Part shown: positions 51,408 to 63,216 of the stretch, one piece after another | Layout of the letters: each line of letters opens with the position of its first letter | How positions within the stretch are numbered: the first letter of the stretch is position 1 | DNA from: Octopus bimaculoides | Lineage: Eukaryota | Assembly (NCBI RefSeq): GCF_001194135.2 | Contig: NC_068986.1 | Span: 63,903,458 to 63,967,457, forward strand | Direction of reading: 5' to 3' | Length of the DNA: 64,000 nucleotides | Translations under genes and position numbers: made by a program | Notes under the pieces: generated by a model | Database searches by the model: none | What the model saw: only the letters and a program-made list of their open reading frames with translations | What the model was told of the DNA's origin: nothing

Positions 51408-52607
51408 CATGGGTTGGACAAAATAATTGAAACACCTTAAAATTTCATGCAAATTTATTTTAATATGGTTTAGCACCACCTTTGGCAGTAGCTGTGGTTT
51501 GAATTCTATGAGGTATTGACTCATGCAAAGTTTGAATTGTTTCCAAAGGAATTTTTGTCCATTCTTCAGCTAAAATAGTCTTCAGTTCTTGTAGTGACAA
51601 TGGTGCAGGGTATCGAATCCTTACTTCTTTTTCTAAAATGCACCATAAATGTTTAATGATATTGAGATCTGGGTTCTGTGGTGGCCAGATAAGAAGTTCA
51701 ACTTCACTAGAATGTTCCTTGTGCCATTCAGTAACAACTTTCCCTCCAGAAACAGTTCCGCAACCATAGGATGAATTTTTTAGTTAAAATACTTAAATAG
51801 TTTTGACTATTAATTCTGCCATGAAGGGAAACCCTTGGGCCAACGGATTTCTAAGATATAGCCTCCCATCCCCCAGATCATCACAGATCCTCCTCCATGT
51901 TTTATAGTTGGAAGAAGTCAGTCTGGGTCAAATCTTTCGGCTGTCTCTTCATCTATACTCTACCCATGGTCGGAAATAAGGCGAAGGATGACTTGTCCGA
52001 GAAAATAACATTCTTCCACTGTTCTAGGGACCAATTCTGTTGGTTTTTCATCCACTCTAAACGCTTTGCAACATTTGTTTTTGAAAGTAGTGATTTTCTG
52101 ATTGCAACCCTCACTTGAAATTTGGCTTTGTGCAGCTCCTGATGAACAGTTTTTGTGGAAACTGGGTTCTCGAGGTGGTCATTAAGCTCTGCAGTAACTT
52201 TGGGAGCTGTACTTTTATGATCCTTTCTAACAATTTGCGCAAGTGTCCAACGATCCCTATTTGAAAGTTTTGGTTTTCTTCCAGAATTTTGTTACGACAA
52301 GAAGGTTTTTCCCTCTTTCTGAAAGGGTGCCATTACTTTCAAGACAGTACTTCTTGATACACCAAACATTTTGGCCGTTTTTGTTATGCTAGTGCCTGCC
52401 ATACGAACACCGTTAAATTGACCTCTTTGAAAGTCTGACAGATCTGTCAATTTAGTGAATTTTTATTACCTTTTTCTGATGATGTCTGAAAAGAAACAAC
52501 AACATTAGTAAAACAAATTAAGCAACACAAATCATAAAACACAAAAATAAAGAAGCTTTTGACAGTTTTATAGATATTTCAAAATTATTATGGTAGGTGT
52601 TTCCATT
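51408..52607 (-). mobile_element. Tc1-like transposon, near full length, inactive
   Basis: TA|CATGGGTTGGACAAAATAATTGAAACACC TIR. Transposase relic at about 51460-52450 (VIFSDKSSF, KHGGGSVMIWG, WPPQNPDLNIIKHLW). The second-Asp segment is deleted and the other TIR is cut at 52607. Confidence 0.92.
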
Positions 52608-52745
52608 TGGCGTAAGGAAGGGCATCCAGCTGTAGAAACTCTGCCAAATCAGATTGGAGCCTGATGTAGCCATCTGGTTCACCAGTCCTCAGTCAAATCG
52701 TCCAACCCATGCTAGCATGGAAAGCGGACGTTAAACGATGATGAT
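52608..52745 (+). mobile_element. RTE-type 3' tail / SINE tail with (GAT)n end
   Basis: GGCGTAAGGAAGGGCATCCAGCTGTAGAAAC...CCAACCCATGCTAGCATGGAAAGCGGACGTTAAACGATGATGAT. Confidence 0.9.
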
Positions 52746-52763
52746 AATGATATATAATTATGC

Positions 52764-52794
<31 letters not shown>

Positions 52795-52834
52795 CTTGTG
52801 TATGTATGTGTATATAATTATATCAAAACAAGCA

Positions 52835-52925
52835 ACAAGATATCCAGAGGTGATGCAGTACAACTGTTTCAAGCAGCTCTATTTAATGGAACAATGCAAT
52901 CATTACATCAATTTAAATGCAGAGC
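52835..52925. mobile_element. Solo end of the TIR family at 11652-12418
   Basis: GATGCAGTACAACTGTTTCAAGCAGCTCTATTTAATGGAACAATGCAATCATTACATCAATTTAAAT aligns to 11661-11708 and to the reverse complement of about 12335-12409. Confidence 0.6.
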
Positions 52926-53499
52926 TATCCTCAGCTGCATAAATAAATAGAATTAATTTAGTCAGTCGGACACATTTGTATAATCTTACTTAAATCCTCT
53001 AAGAGGGTAAGAAGACAAAGTCCATGCTGTTTTCACTTCAGCTTAGAAGCTACTAAGACATCAGGAAAAAAAAGAAACTTGTTAGGGTTCTAGCTTGTCA
53101 CAGATTTTTGGGTCAGTTTTGATTTATAGTCTTGTTTATCAAATCTTTGTATATCAAAATCTAAGACTATAGAGCAGTGTCTGTTAGGAAAGGGCATGAA
53201 GGAGTTGAGAGAATCACAGTGGTTATAGTTATAAAACTTGTCAAGATTATTTAGAAATAGTATAAAGTAACTGGCTAAAATGAGGTTTGGTAAAGGAAGA
53301 TCTTAAAACAAGCTGTTAATTACCAGTTATGGGGGCAAGACTCTAATAAAACCAATGATGATAATACAGAGGAACTATTTATCAAGGTGTACTATAGTTG
53401 AATGATTTAAACAATATTTTTATAGTGTATAAAGATAGAATTTAGAGTTATCAAGAAAAAATATTAAGAAAATATTATAACCAAAAAGGATAAATTTTT

Positions 53500-54451
53500 G
53501 AATAATTTTGAGTATATACCAAAATTTACAATAGAGAGAGAAAAAAAATTACATAGAATTAGTTTAATATTTATTCATTATACTTAAATATTTACTTATT
53601 AGGTGGTATCTATGAAGAATTGATCACTGGCTTTTAATAAAAGAATACTGGGGCAATAGAACATGCTAACTATATAATAATTATAATCTAAGAGGTATAT
53701 TATAAGTTGTGAAGTTACCGGTGCTGTTATATATAAGCTAATATAAATTTCTAGGGATACAAATATTAGGTTTACTTACATAAAAGCTATTATAAAAGTA
53801 ATAATATGATCAGTAGGGTAGAACGTTATAGAAAGGAATAAATAGTTTAATCACTAAAAACCAAGGTGAAGTATATATACCTTATTATCATCAAAAGAGA
53901 AGAGAAGATTATATAGAATTTGTTTAATAATTTAATCATTTAAACTAAAATTATTTATTTATTAGGTAGTATCTATAAAGACTGATACTTGGTATTTACT
54001 AGAAGAATATTGAAGCTATGGAACATGCTAACTATATATTAATTATAAACTGAGAGGTGTAATATAAGTTTAAAAAGTTCCCAGTATTACTTGATTATGA
54101 CATACAATTACCCTTATGTTTAAGTCTAAAAGAGGAAAAATGATTATAAAGAAGTTTTTTCATATTAATCCAACATCCAATATATATATATATAAAGTTA
54201 CCAGTTATTGTTATGATTGTACATTTATAAATTACATTCTGGGTAAGACATCGGCCTAATAATAGACAGTGGGATCTAACTCTACAATTGCAACTAGGAG
54301 AATTACTACTATTAATATTAGTATTATTGGTGTTCATGTTGTTATTATTATTACTAATATCATCACTATTATCATTAGTCCTACTACTACTATTAGGTGT
54401 GTTAAGTTCATGTCTGCTATTATCTATCTCCACTTCAACTTCAACAGGCAT
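53500..54451 (-). mobile_element. Penelope-like element 3' remnant (GIY-YIG) with tandemly duplicated 3' end
   Basis: ORF 54095-54451 reads CNCRVRSHCLLLGRCLTQNVIYKCTI...YIG...YNHFSSFR. An about 365-bp-period duplication links 53505-53730 to 53870-54090. Confidence 0.8.
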
Positions 54452-54753
54452 ATCATTAATTTCTATGCTAGGATAGCACCAGAGCTACAATCTATATTGT
54501 GTATATTATAAGTGTATATATATATATATATATATAATTATATAGGCGCAAGTTTGCTGTGTCATTGAGGTAGATCCGTCCACCCCCATTAATGGGGACA
54601 AGAGCTAGATTTAAAACACTGGAGGATGATGATATAATTATACATATGTATGTAATTATATAAGTATATAATTATATGTATATATATATTTATTGGCTAA
54701 ACTGGCAATATGACCATCCCCAAGTACAACAACATATATATATAATTTTATAT

Positions 54754-55119
54754 TCTTTTTATTTGTTTCAGTCATTTGACTGCGGCCATGCTTGAGCACT
54801 GCCTTTAGTTGAGCAAATCAACCCCAGGACTTTTTCTTTGTAATCCTAATACTTATTCTGTCAGTCCCTTTTGCCGAAATGCTAAGTTACTGGAAGATAA
54901 ACACACCAGCATTGGTTGTCAAGCGATGTTGGGGGACAAACACAGATACATATATACGACAGGCTTCCTTTAGTTTTCTACTACAAAATCCATTCACAAG
55001 GCTTTGGTCAGCCTGATGCTCTTGTAGAAGACATTTGCTCAAGGTGTCACATGGTGGGACTGAACCCGGAACCATGTGGTTGGTAAGCAAGCTACTTACT
55101 ATGCAGCCACTCCTGCGCC
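54754..55119 (-). mobile_element. tRNA-derived SINE, family A
   Basis: Reverse complement of 5-391 and 19797-20193. Confidence 0.88.
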
Positions 55120-57075
55120 TCTGTATATAGGTATATATATAATCATATATATATATAATCGTACATACATACACATAAAGGTGACTGCTCCATCTTTACA
55201 GATAATTACTATCTTGTGCTTCCCCATGAGTGGCATTTCTGACTTTCTATCCATGACTTCTCAATTGACTGTTCAATTCCATTGCAGTTCTATATCATTT
55301 AAAGATGTCAGACAAAAAAGTATGGCTTACACTGTTTTGATCAGGCCATTTGTTTGGTAATTTGAAATGTTTTTGACTTGAAGATGAGCCTTCTTACTGG
55401 TTTGGTCTGCACACATTGCCACTCTCCCATTGATATAGTGCTTTCAGTAGATTGAATGACACATGAGGTCACCATAAAGATGCATTTGTATGTTATTGGG
55501 TTAGTGTTATAAATGCTTGTTCAGCACAAGTACTGCACTTTGAGTCTCTGTGATTCGTATCAAGTGGCAGGCCAAAGTGTGATGGAACCTTAGCTGTTGT
55601 TACAGCAAGCATTCCATCACTCCTGTTGGCTTTATGTGGCACTTACTCAAGTGCTTTCTATGTGACTCTGGCATGAGTGCTTTATATATATCTGTACATA
55701 TATACATGTATGTATTTATATTTGTTAACATATATATGTATATACAGATACAATGCTTGAAGTACTGTTGTTTAGAAATACCCAAAACTAAAATCTTCTT
55801 GCTGAATTAAGTGTGAGGAGTGGTATAAAACTAGTGTATGTTAATATCTAATATGATTAAACAAGACATCAAACAGTTCATCATACCATAAAATATACTG
55901 TCAATATAGCTTAAAATTATATCCACATTAAATGTCTACAACTGAAAATACTCTTGAATGAGAAATGAACGATTAGATAGTGTAATGTGTTTCATTGCTT
56001 TAGTATCGTTAGTTCAATGCAGTATCTACAGACAATTCAAAAAAGAATGTTTGTTTTTTAAATATTCACATTAACTGTGTTTCATGTTTTAACTATACTT
56101 TTTATCTGTTTGAATCTCTTAAACCCATTACCATTCCTCAACATTTATTTCTGATAGCGAAATTTTCTGGCTTACTCAACCATTGAGGCAGATCTGCCTA
56201 TAGATGTCTGTAAAATAATATAATTCAGTACTGGACATCGTGTTCAGTATGTACCTGTCAGGAATTGCTGAGATTTTAGGGGTGGTTTAATTTTCAATTT
56301 TTTTTTTCCGGCTTAAAATATTGGTGTTTAATTTATCCTGGTTAATAAGAACTGGTTTTCTAACAAGAATTTTTTGTTGGTTTTGTTTCTTCTTAGAGAC
56401 ATGTCTATTGATGGAATTCTTTTCTTATTTGTATCTGTTTAAGTTGGTCTGTTTAAGTTACTAACAAAACTTGTGCCGTTTTACCAACTCTTAGAGTTTA
56501 ATTAAATATCTGCCTTTATCTTGCTTGGTAATACAGACAAACAGAAACACAAACTATATGGGCTGCCAGATTTAGTGTGGGTACCAGGTAATTATATTTT
56601 TATAACTCTCTCACCTGGCTTCTGTTTGTCTTTTTGTTCTTAATCACCTGTTTTATTTTATTGTTGTTCTGTTTCAGACATTTCTGAAAAATAACGTTTT
56701 TTTTTTTGTCTCCATTATTGACTGGTTATTTTGTGATATAGTCATCTTATATAGATTTTTACTGTGCACTCTAATGTAAATCATTCTAATTAATCATTTA
56801 CTAAATTTTGTTTCTTAAATATTTCTGTTAATTCTTGTGTTGATGAATAAGTTAATCTATAAAGAAAGTTAGTATTTGCATGGATTATACTTGTCCATTC
56901 CTAAGTGTTTCTTCAGTGTATCTTTGTGTGGGTGTCCAGTGCCTGTCTATGTTATCAGTATTTCGTTGTTCTATTTTCCCAAGTTGTTAGTTTTCCATAC
57001 CTTTTTGTTTTTTTATTCCTGTATGTGTCGCTCTTCAGGTAGGTTTCATGTGTGTCTGTTTTCTTCTCCTGCCAG

Positions 57076-57243
57076 TTCGCAGCCAGTCGCCTTCTGATGG
57101 CAGTGAGGGCACAGGCGATGAGCTTCTCGTTAGAAGGAAACCTCGTTCTTTTAAAAAGAAATGTCGCTCTCCAACAATGGAGAGCAGTACATGCATCGTT
57201 AGTCCACCTTTATCAGACAGTGATAATGTAGGCTCGCCTCCCC
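57076..57243 (+). CDS. Exon (phase 1-1, 168 nt): VRSQSPSDGSEGTGDELLVRRKPRSFKKKCRSPTMESSTCIVSPPLSDSDNVGSPP
   Basis: TTTTCTTCTCCTGCCAG| acceptor, C|GTAAGT donor, CpG-rich island, in frame with both neighbours. Confidence 0.78.
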
Positions 57244-59450
57244 GTAAGTACGACTAAACAGTTTATTGCCAACAAACATGTTTTGTTGGATACACATCAA
57301 TCATTGCGCTAGTGGTTTTTTTCGTTACGTCCAGACACGCTTTATAAACTCTATTTTAATATTATTTTTACTTTTGTGTCCATGTTTTTATCAAGTGTTT
57401 GAAGTATTTTTAAAAATTTGTTTCATTTTGTCGTTCCCCCATGTATGTTGTGAATTATAACTCCCTTTTTATTTTGTTTTGAATAATAACAAGTTCTTTA
57501 TATCTATTATATTAAGATAATTATTTATTTTTTAAAAAATCTAGCTATTTTTGCCATAAAAACAGTTTCGGTTCTTGTTGTTACAGATGGGTGTCTAGCT
57601 ATATTTCAACATTCTCAGTATGTTCATATAAGATTCTCTCTTTCTCATACATACACCTTGTGTATTTAATAATATGCTACTGACCATGGCAATAAGTAAG
57701 AAAGAAAAAATGCATGAAGAAATTGACCCATTCTTCATTTTAATTAATTTAGAATTTCCAAATTAATGTAAGTGATACTTTTTTTTTTTTACAGTTGAAT
57801 GGCTTCTTTTTTTCTTTTTTCTTTTTTTTTCTTTTTTTTTTTTTGATAAACACTTAGATTCCCCCTCCCCTTGTTGAGTCTAAATCATACCATGGTCAGC
57901 TTTGACTTTCATCCAACTTATGGTTCAATAAAATAAGTATCATCTGCAACCAGTTCCATTGATTAATTGCTTTCTCTTATAAACATTGCCCTAGTTTATG
58001 ATGAAACAAGATAAAATGTTGTTTCATAAGAATGATCACTATTATTTCACGTCTTTTCCCAACAAAACATTTTCATTTGAATTAAAATTAAGTTTTAATT
58101 TTATTTTGATTCTAATTTAGGAAAAATAATATTAACAATAGTTTCCAAAGTAAAAAAATTGCATTTTAATATTAGTCTTTTTTTTTTTAGCTTGGCCATT
58201 AGATGGCATGCTTATTTTTTTCTGGTTACAGTCAGACAGTCAGTCTTTCTTCTCCCCCTGCCTAGTATTTATTGTTGAAGCAGATATCAAGCATTATCTC
58301 ACATGCTATAATAGTATATCAATGTTACAAAATATCATTCCTGTGATTGAATTTAATCATTAGCATTTCTTAATGCTTTCTGTTTCAGCCATTTGCTTTA
58401 CAGTTAGCTACTGTGATATACTGCTGCAAATTGCATGTTTCTTTTTAATTTGTCATTTTTTTAATATATATTCTTTCATTGGGGGCTTCTTTTTACTGTT
58501 GGGAAATATCTTTGTTTATTGTTTTTGCTTCTTGTTCATTTTGTTGCCAAGCTGAGCCTTTATACTACTTTTGTTCTGCTTTGTTAGACTTATGCATTGT
58601 TTTTATGCAGGTTCCATTGTTTTGTTTTTACTTTTCTAAATTGTGTAATTTAATTCTTGTTTCTTAAATAGTTAAGTTTGTAATTATATTCATAATATAT
58701 AGTACTAACAATATTAACACACATGTTTTATTGTCAATCTAATAAAGATACTCTTTACATTGCTCTAAAATAAACAACTCTAAAAATATATATCAACTTA
58801 TGAATTTTGTTTGTATGCCAGCAACACATAGCTAATGTATATTTTCAAATGTAATAACTGTGCAGTCAAGTGCTCTGTTCCCTACTCATAAATAAAGCAC
58901 ATAATTCTGATGATTCAGTTTGCCTGACAGCTTGGTTGAGTGGTTGGCAATAAGAAGGACATTCAGCTCTAAAAACAATTTACTCCCCTGAATGGAAAAT
59001 ATCCTACACATTGTAACAGTGAAAAATGGATTTAGAATTGCTAAACAGAAATCAGAAAACATTTGTTATTGCCAGTGACCTCTTCAATCTCAGTATGTCT
59101 AGCATATAATGATCTATTTTCACTTTTAAGATTCAGAACCAATTATCTGAAAGAACTATTTAGTTTAATAACATCAGCTGTTGTGGTTTATTTGTTCAAT
59201 TAAATAGTTAATTATATCCATTTCTTTAAATTCTACTCCTCATAGCGTTTTAGAGATATCTAACATACTGTTTATGTATGCCTACCAATTTTAGAAGCTC
59301 TGGTAAAAGCAGTTGATTAGTTTATCTGTTATGAATATCGAAGAAATTTTCAGGAAAACAATTCACACTTAAATGACAGTTAAATTACTCTCTATTGTAA
59401 TGAGTTTGTGCAGAACTTCTCGCTCACTCTCTCAACATTTTTGTTTTTAA

Positions 59451-59668
59451 CTTTTTAGCATTCAGATTACTATCAAATATAATGCTTATTTATTCACATT
59501 GTTTTGAATTAATCATGCATTATCTCATAGCTTCAAGATTTGAGTGATGTGTTTGTTTCTTTTTAGAATGACATTGTAGGGTAGGTGTGAAAGGCTGGAT
59601 TAAACCAGTTTGGGCATAAAATGGGCAGAATGTTTTGGCCTGATATGGCCGCTGTAAATGGTAAAGGA
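59451..59668 (-). mobile_element. piggyBac-type MITE, TTAA-flanked
   Basis: TTAA|CTTTTTAGCATT ... AATGGTAAAGGA|TTAA. Homologous to 8751-8917. Confidence 0.7.
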
Positions 59669-60047
59669 TTAAGTCAACATTGTTGGTGTTAAGGAAAACA
59701 ACCTATGACAACACTAGATACTTTATAGCATCTACTTCGCTACTTCATTTTACCTTAAGTTCACTTTACACTAATGTTGTATTTTAAAGTTATATATAAG
59801 TATCAATTAGATCTTTGATTGACTTAATCCACAGTAGCCTATTCCTTTCAAAACGCAAGTTTATACATATGCTTTTAACAATAACTGTGTGATGATACAT
59901 AATTATGCACACTTGCATTTAAAGGTATATTTTCTCACATACACATACATAAATAGTATATTTTTTTTTTCATCTTAATATTGCTTATAAATTATATAAA
60001 TCTTGACCCTAATAATAAATTCTGTAATGGAATGTTACTTTTTACAG

Positions 60048-60118
60048 ATCGCTATGAAGAAAATTTATATGAAACAATTTGTCCCTTAGATGACTACAAT
60101 CAAGGTACACTTTCAAAG
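60048..60118 (+). CDS. Exon (phase 1-0, 71 nt): (H)RYEENLYETICPLDDYNQGTLSK
   Basis: TTACTTTTTACAG| acceptor and AAG|GTAAAA donor. Bridges the phase-1 upstream exon to the phase-0 downstream exon. Confidence 0.8.
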
Positions 60119-61329
60119 GTAAAAATTAACATTATTTCATAACTTAAACTAACAACTACTAACATGTGTATGTATACATGTGTGCATACATATGTTTTCC
60201 CTTAGAATATAAATATACCTGAAAAACTCACATGATATTACTGAGAATCCTCAGTATTTATGTCTAGGTGTCTTATTCATTTAGAATTGGTAAACTCCAT
60301 AATCTTCTTCCTCTCTCTCTCTCTCTCTCTCTAATTAGGTTGTGCATTCAGGGATAAGCCAGTCATGCTACAGCTTGGAGCCTCACAATCTGCTGAGGAC
60401 TCTTAATTAAAAAGCATATGTGTTTTTAATTTTTGAGAGTCCTTCTAGTATAATTTTATAGCAAAGACCCTCCAAACTTTGTATAGTCCAAACTTGAGAT
60501 CTGACACTGAGTGTGTCAAAAAATTAACATCACTATTTTAAAAAATCAGTATCTCTATTACCACCACCACCACTACTGTTGTACAGTTTCCTCTGCTATT
60601 CACGATATATGAAAGTGTTGAACATTAAGGGGTAATTCCTTTGTTGAAATGCTTTTCTGTGGATTCTGTTTTTTGTTTTCTCATTCATTCACCTATGTTA
60701 GCATCATTGTATATTTGTTCATGTAGAAAGGGAAAACTTGGTCTCAAATACACCATTGTATAGCCATTAGAATACATTTAACCCATTCAACTATGAACCA
60801 AAGGAGTGGACTATGCAGTTACTCAGCCAGCTGGAAGTAGCAGCTAAATTATGCTCAAATCACACCTTACCATCTTAAAAGTAGAAATTAGATATGTATC
60901 CTTAGTAATGTAGTTATGTATTCAATATAAAAACAGGATTACCATGACTTGAATGCCTTTCATCACAGGGCTGTTAAATCAACAACCACCTTGCAACTAT
61001 GGACAGAGGTGATTTTTTTAATTATAAAAAAAATTAAATTGTGATGATAAACCTTCCTGCTACCTGACAATATTTCTAATATAGACATGAATACCTTTGG
61101 AACACAACATTACAGATATTAAGTTTAGTATGGCATTTGTACAGGGACTTCACAGCAACCAGAAGTTGTCTATTAATTCTAAATTCCCTTTTGTCACCCT
61201 TTTTAAAAATTAGGATGTTCATGTTCTGGTAAATAGTGCTAGGTCAAAACCTTTCAATGCAGGTGCTAGATTTCAACAGGGGTACAAGTTGTCATGTCTC
61301 CTTTCCATAATTTTTATGAGCTGGATTGA

Positions 61330-62350
61330 TGTGTGGCTGTTGTGAAAGTGCTTTCACACTTGGTGGGTGTAAGATCAGTCGGCTGCTATTTCCAGACAAC
61401 ATTGGTGTTACTTGGATCATCAGAAGGTGGTCTCCAGCATGCATTGAATGGGTTTTCTGCCAAGTGCTGCAAGGCAGGAGTGAGAATTAGTGTTGCAAAG
61501 ACTGTGGCAATGATCTGCTCAAGAAAGTCTTCCCAGTGCACTCTGCATGTGTGGGGAAATTTTTAAGTATCTCAGAGCCATATTCATGAATGATGAGAAG
61601 AAGAAGGCTGAATTAGCTGCTAAAATTACATGTGCTGGCACAGTAATGTGTCAGCTCTAGTATTCAATCCTCAGAAGAGGAGAGGCTGGCAGAAAGCTAA
61701 ACTCACTCTCTTCAGTTTGGTTTTTATGCCTATACTCACCTATGGTCAAGAGTGTTAGGTAATGGCTGAAGAAGCATGATGGCGAATACATGCAGCTGAA
61801 ATTGAATTCCTCTAGAGCAGTGTTTCCCAACCTTTTTTCCCGGCGCCCCACTTTTTCATAGCAAAAGTTTTTACGCCCCACCTATTCCCATGTCCACTCA
61901 CATTTACAAGTACATGTGGGCCTATTTACAATTGAAAAAAATCAAAATTTAAAAAATTGTATTCAAAATACAAAAAAATAGCTTGAGAATTGAAACAACA
62001 GGCACTGAAAGTGCATAACACCCAATAAATCGATAAAATTATTACGACGTCTATGCCCTGCGCCCCACCTGAATTTTCTCAGGCCCCACCAGTGGGGCGT
62101 ACGCCCCACCTTGGGAATCACTGCTCTAGAGGATCTCCAGAGTAACATTACTTAAAAGTGCATAGCTCAGAAATCAGAATGTTTCTCTAGGTCAAACTGC
62201 TGCATCTCTGCATTGAGAGGTCACAGTCCTCATACTATGGACATGAGTTAGAATGTCACAGGAAAAAACTGCAAGACAGTAGCAGAAAAGAACTGCAAGC
62301 CAAGTAGCAGAAGACTTGGATATAGATCAAGAGTAAGATGGTTGGATAAT
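61330..62350 (+). mobile_element. Decayed RTE LINE RT C-terminal fragment
   Basis: GSSEGGLQHALNGFSAKCCKAGVRISVAKT...KYL...PILTYGQE...AAEIEFL|RISRVTL, interrupted by an hAT MITE. Confidence 0.8.
61818..62123. mobile_element. hAT (Charlie-like) MITE, 306 bp, young-looking
   Basis: TIRs CAGTGTTTCCCAA / TTGGGAATCACTG, a perfect 8-bp TSD CTCTAGAG (61810-61817, 62124-62131) and subterminal GCCCCAC repeats. Confidence 0.93.
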
Positions 62351-63216
62351 ATCCATAGTCTCAGTTAGTCATACTTGGGAAGCCAACTGGAATGTATAAT
62401 GATGGCTGCTTCTGATAGGACTCTGTAGAGCAGGTGTCCAAGGACTCTTTTCCCCATGACCTTCCCTGGAATAAGTGGATGGTGAAGATGAATATATGGA
62501 AGTTAAGTACGGTAACTGTAATATAAGTATCTTTGAACTGACTGAAAGTGGAAATGTATGAAAATTTGGGGAGGTGGATCATGGGAGGAACTCTGGATCT
62601 TAGATGTTGAAAATATGAAAGAAATGATTGAATAAACTAGAATGTACCAACAAAAGCCAAGTAGATGCTTTAAATTGCTCAGAACTAGAGGTTAGTGGGT
62701 CTATATGCTTAACTCAAATAAATGAAAACAGAATCTGGTAGAGTATATATTACATCTATTTACTGTTTATTCCAATTTATTTATAATCCACACTATTATT
62801 TTTAGGGAGAGTTTTGAAATATACAACTAAATACATTGTTCAGTTAAATTCCTATAATGAATATAATTTCTTAAATCTTTTCTCTAAGCATATTGTTCTT
62901 TATAGAAATGTCTTTTCAAAAATGGTTTTACTATTTCTTTTAATGACATTCTCAATTTTTGATACTCTTCATATGTCATCAGTTGGAAACAGCTTCTTCT
63001 TACAATAAATAATAGGTAGCTTATTATGTTCTCACTGTCTTACATACAGAAAGTTCTGCATATAACATATTACTATTGGAGAGACTATATGCATAGTTCA
63101 TTGAGTAACTATGAAGGGTAGTGTGGTGGAATATGAGTGTTTGTGTGGTAAGTAGGTGCATGGTCAGTGTTTTAATTAAATTCACTCTTTACAAATGATG
63201 AATTTCTTTTTCCTAG

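Noticed and set aside
50178-51524. Minus-strand 257-448 aa ORFs and the 481-aa extension of the RTE ORF
   Set aside because: Length is inflated by the 678-N gap. Only the + strand RTE part before the gap is real.
53011-53070. Hammerhead-like CUGAUG...hairpin...GAAA on the minus strand near the second Penelope remnant
   Set aside because: A9 is missing, extra bases separate the stem from GAAA, and no stem I or III is found.
56186-56199. 14-bp perfect palindrome AGGCAGATCTGCCT
   Set aside because: Isolated, with no supporting structure; could be chance.
58900-58935. CTGATGA followed by a TCAG/CTGA stem
   Set aside because: No GAAA core follows.
60104-60110. Alternative donor CAAG|GTACAC
   Set aside because: Weak consensus, and phase 1 is incompatible with the phase-0 exon at 63217.
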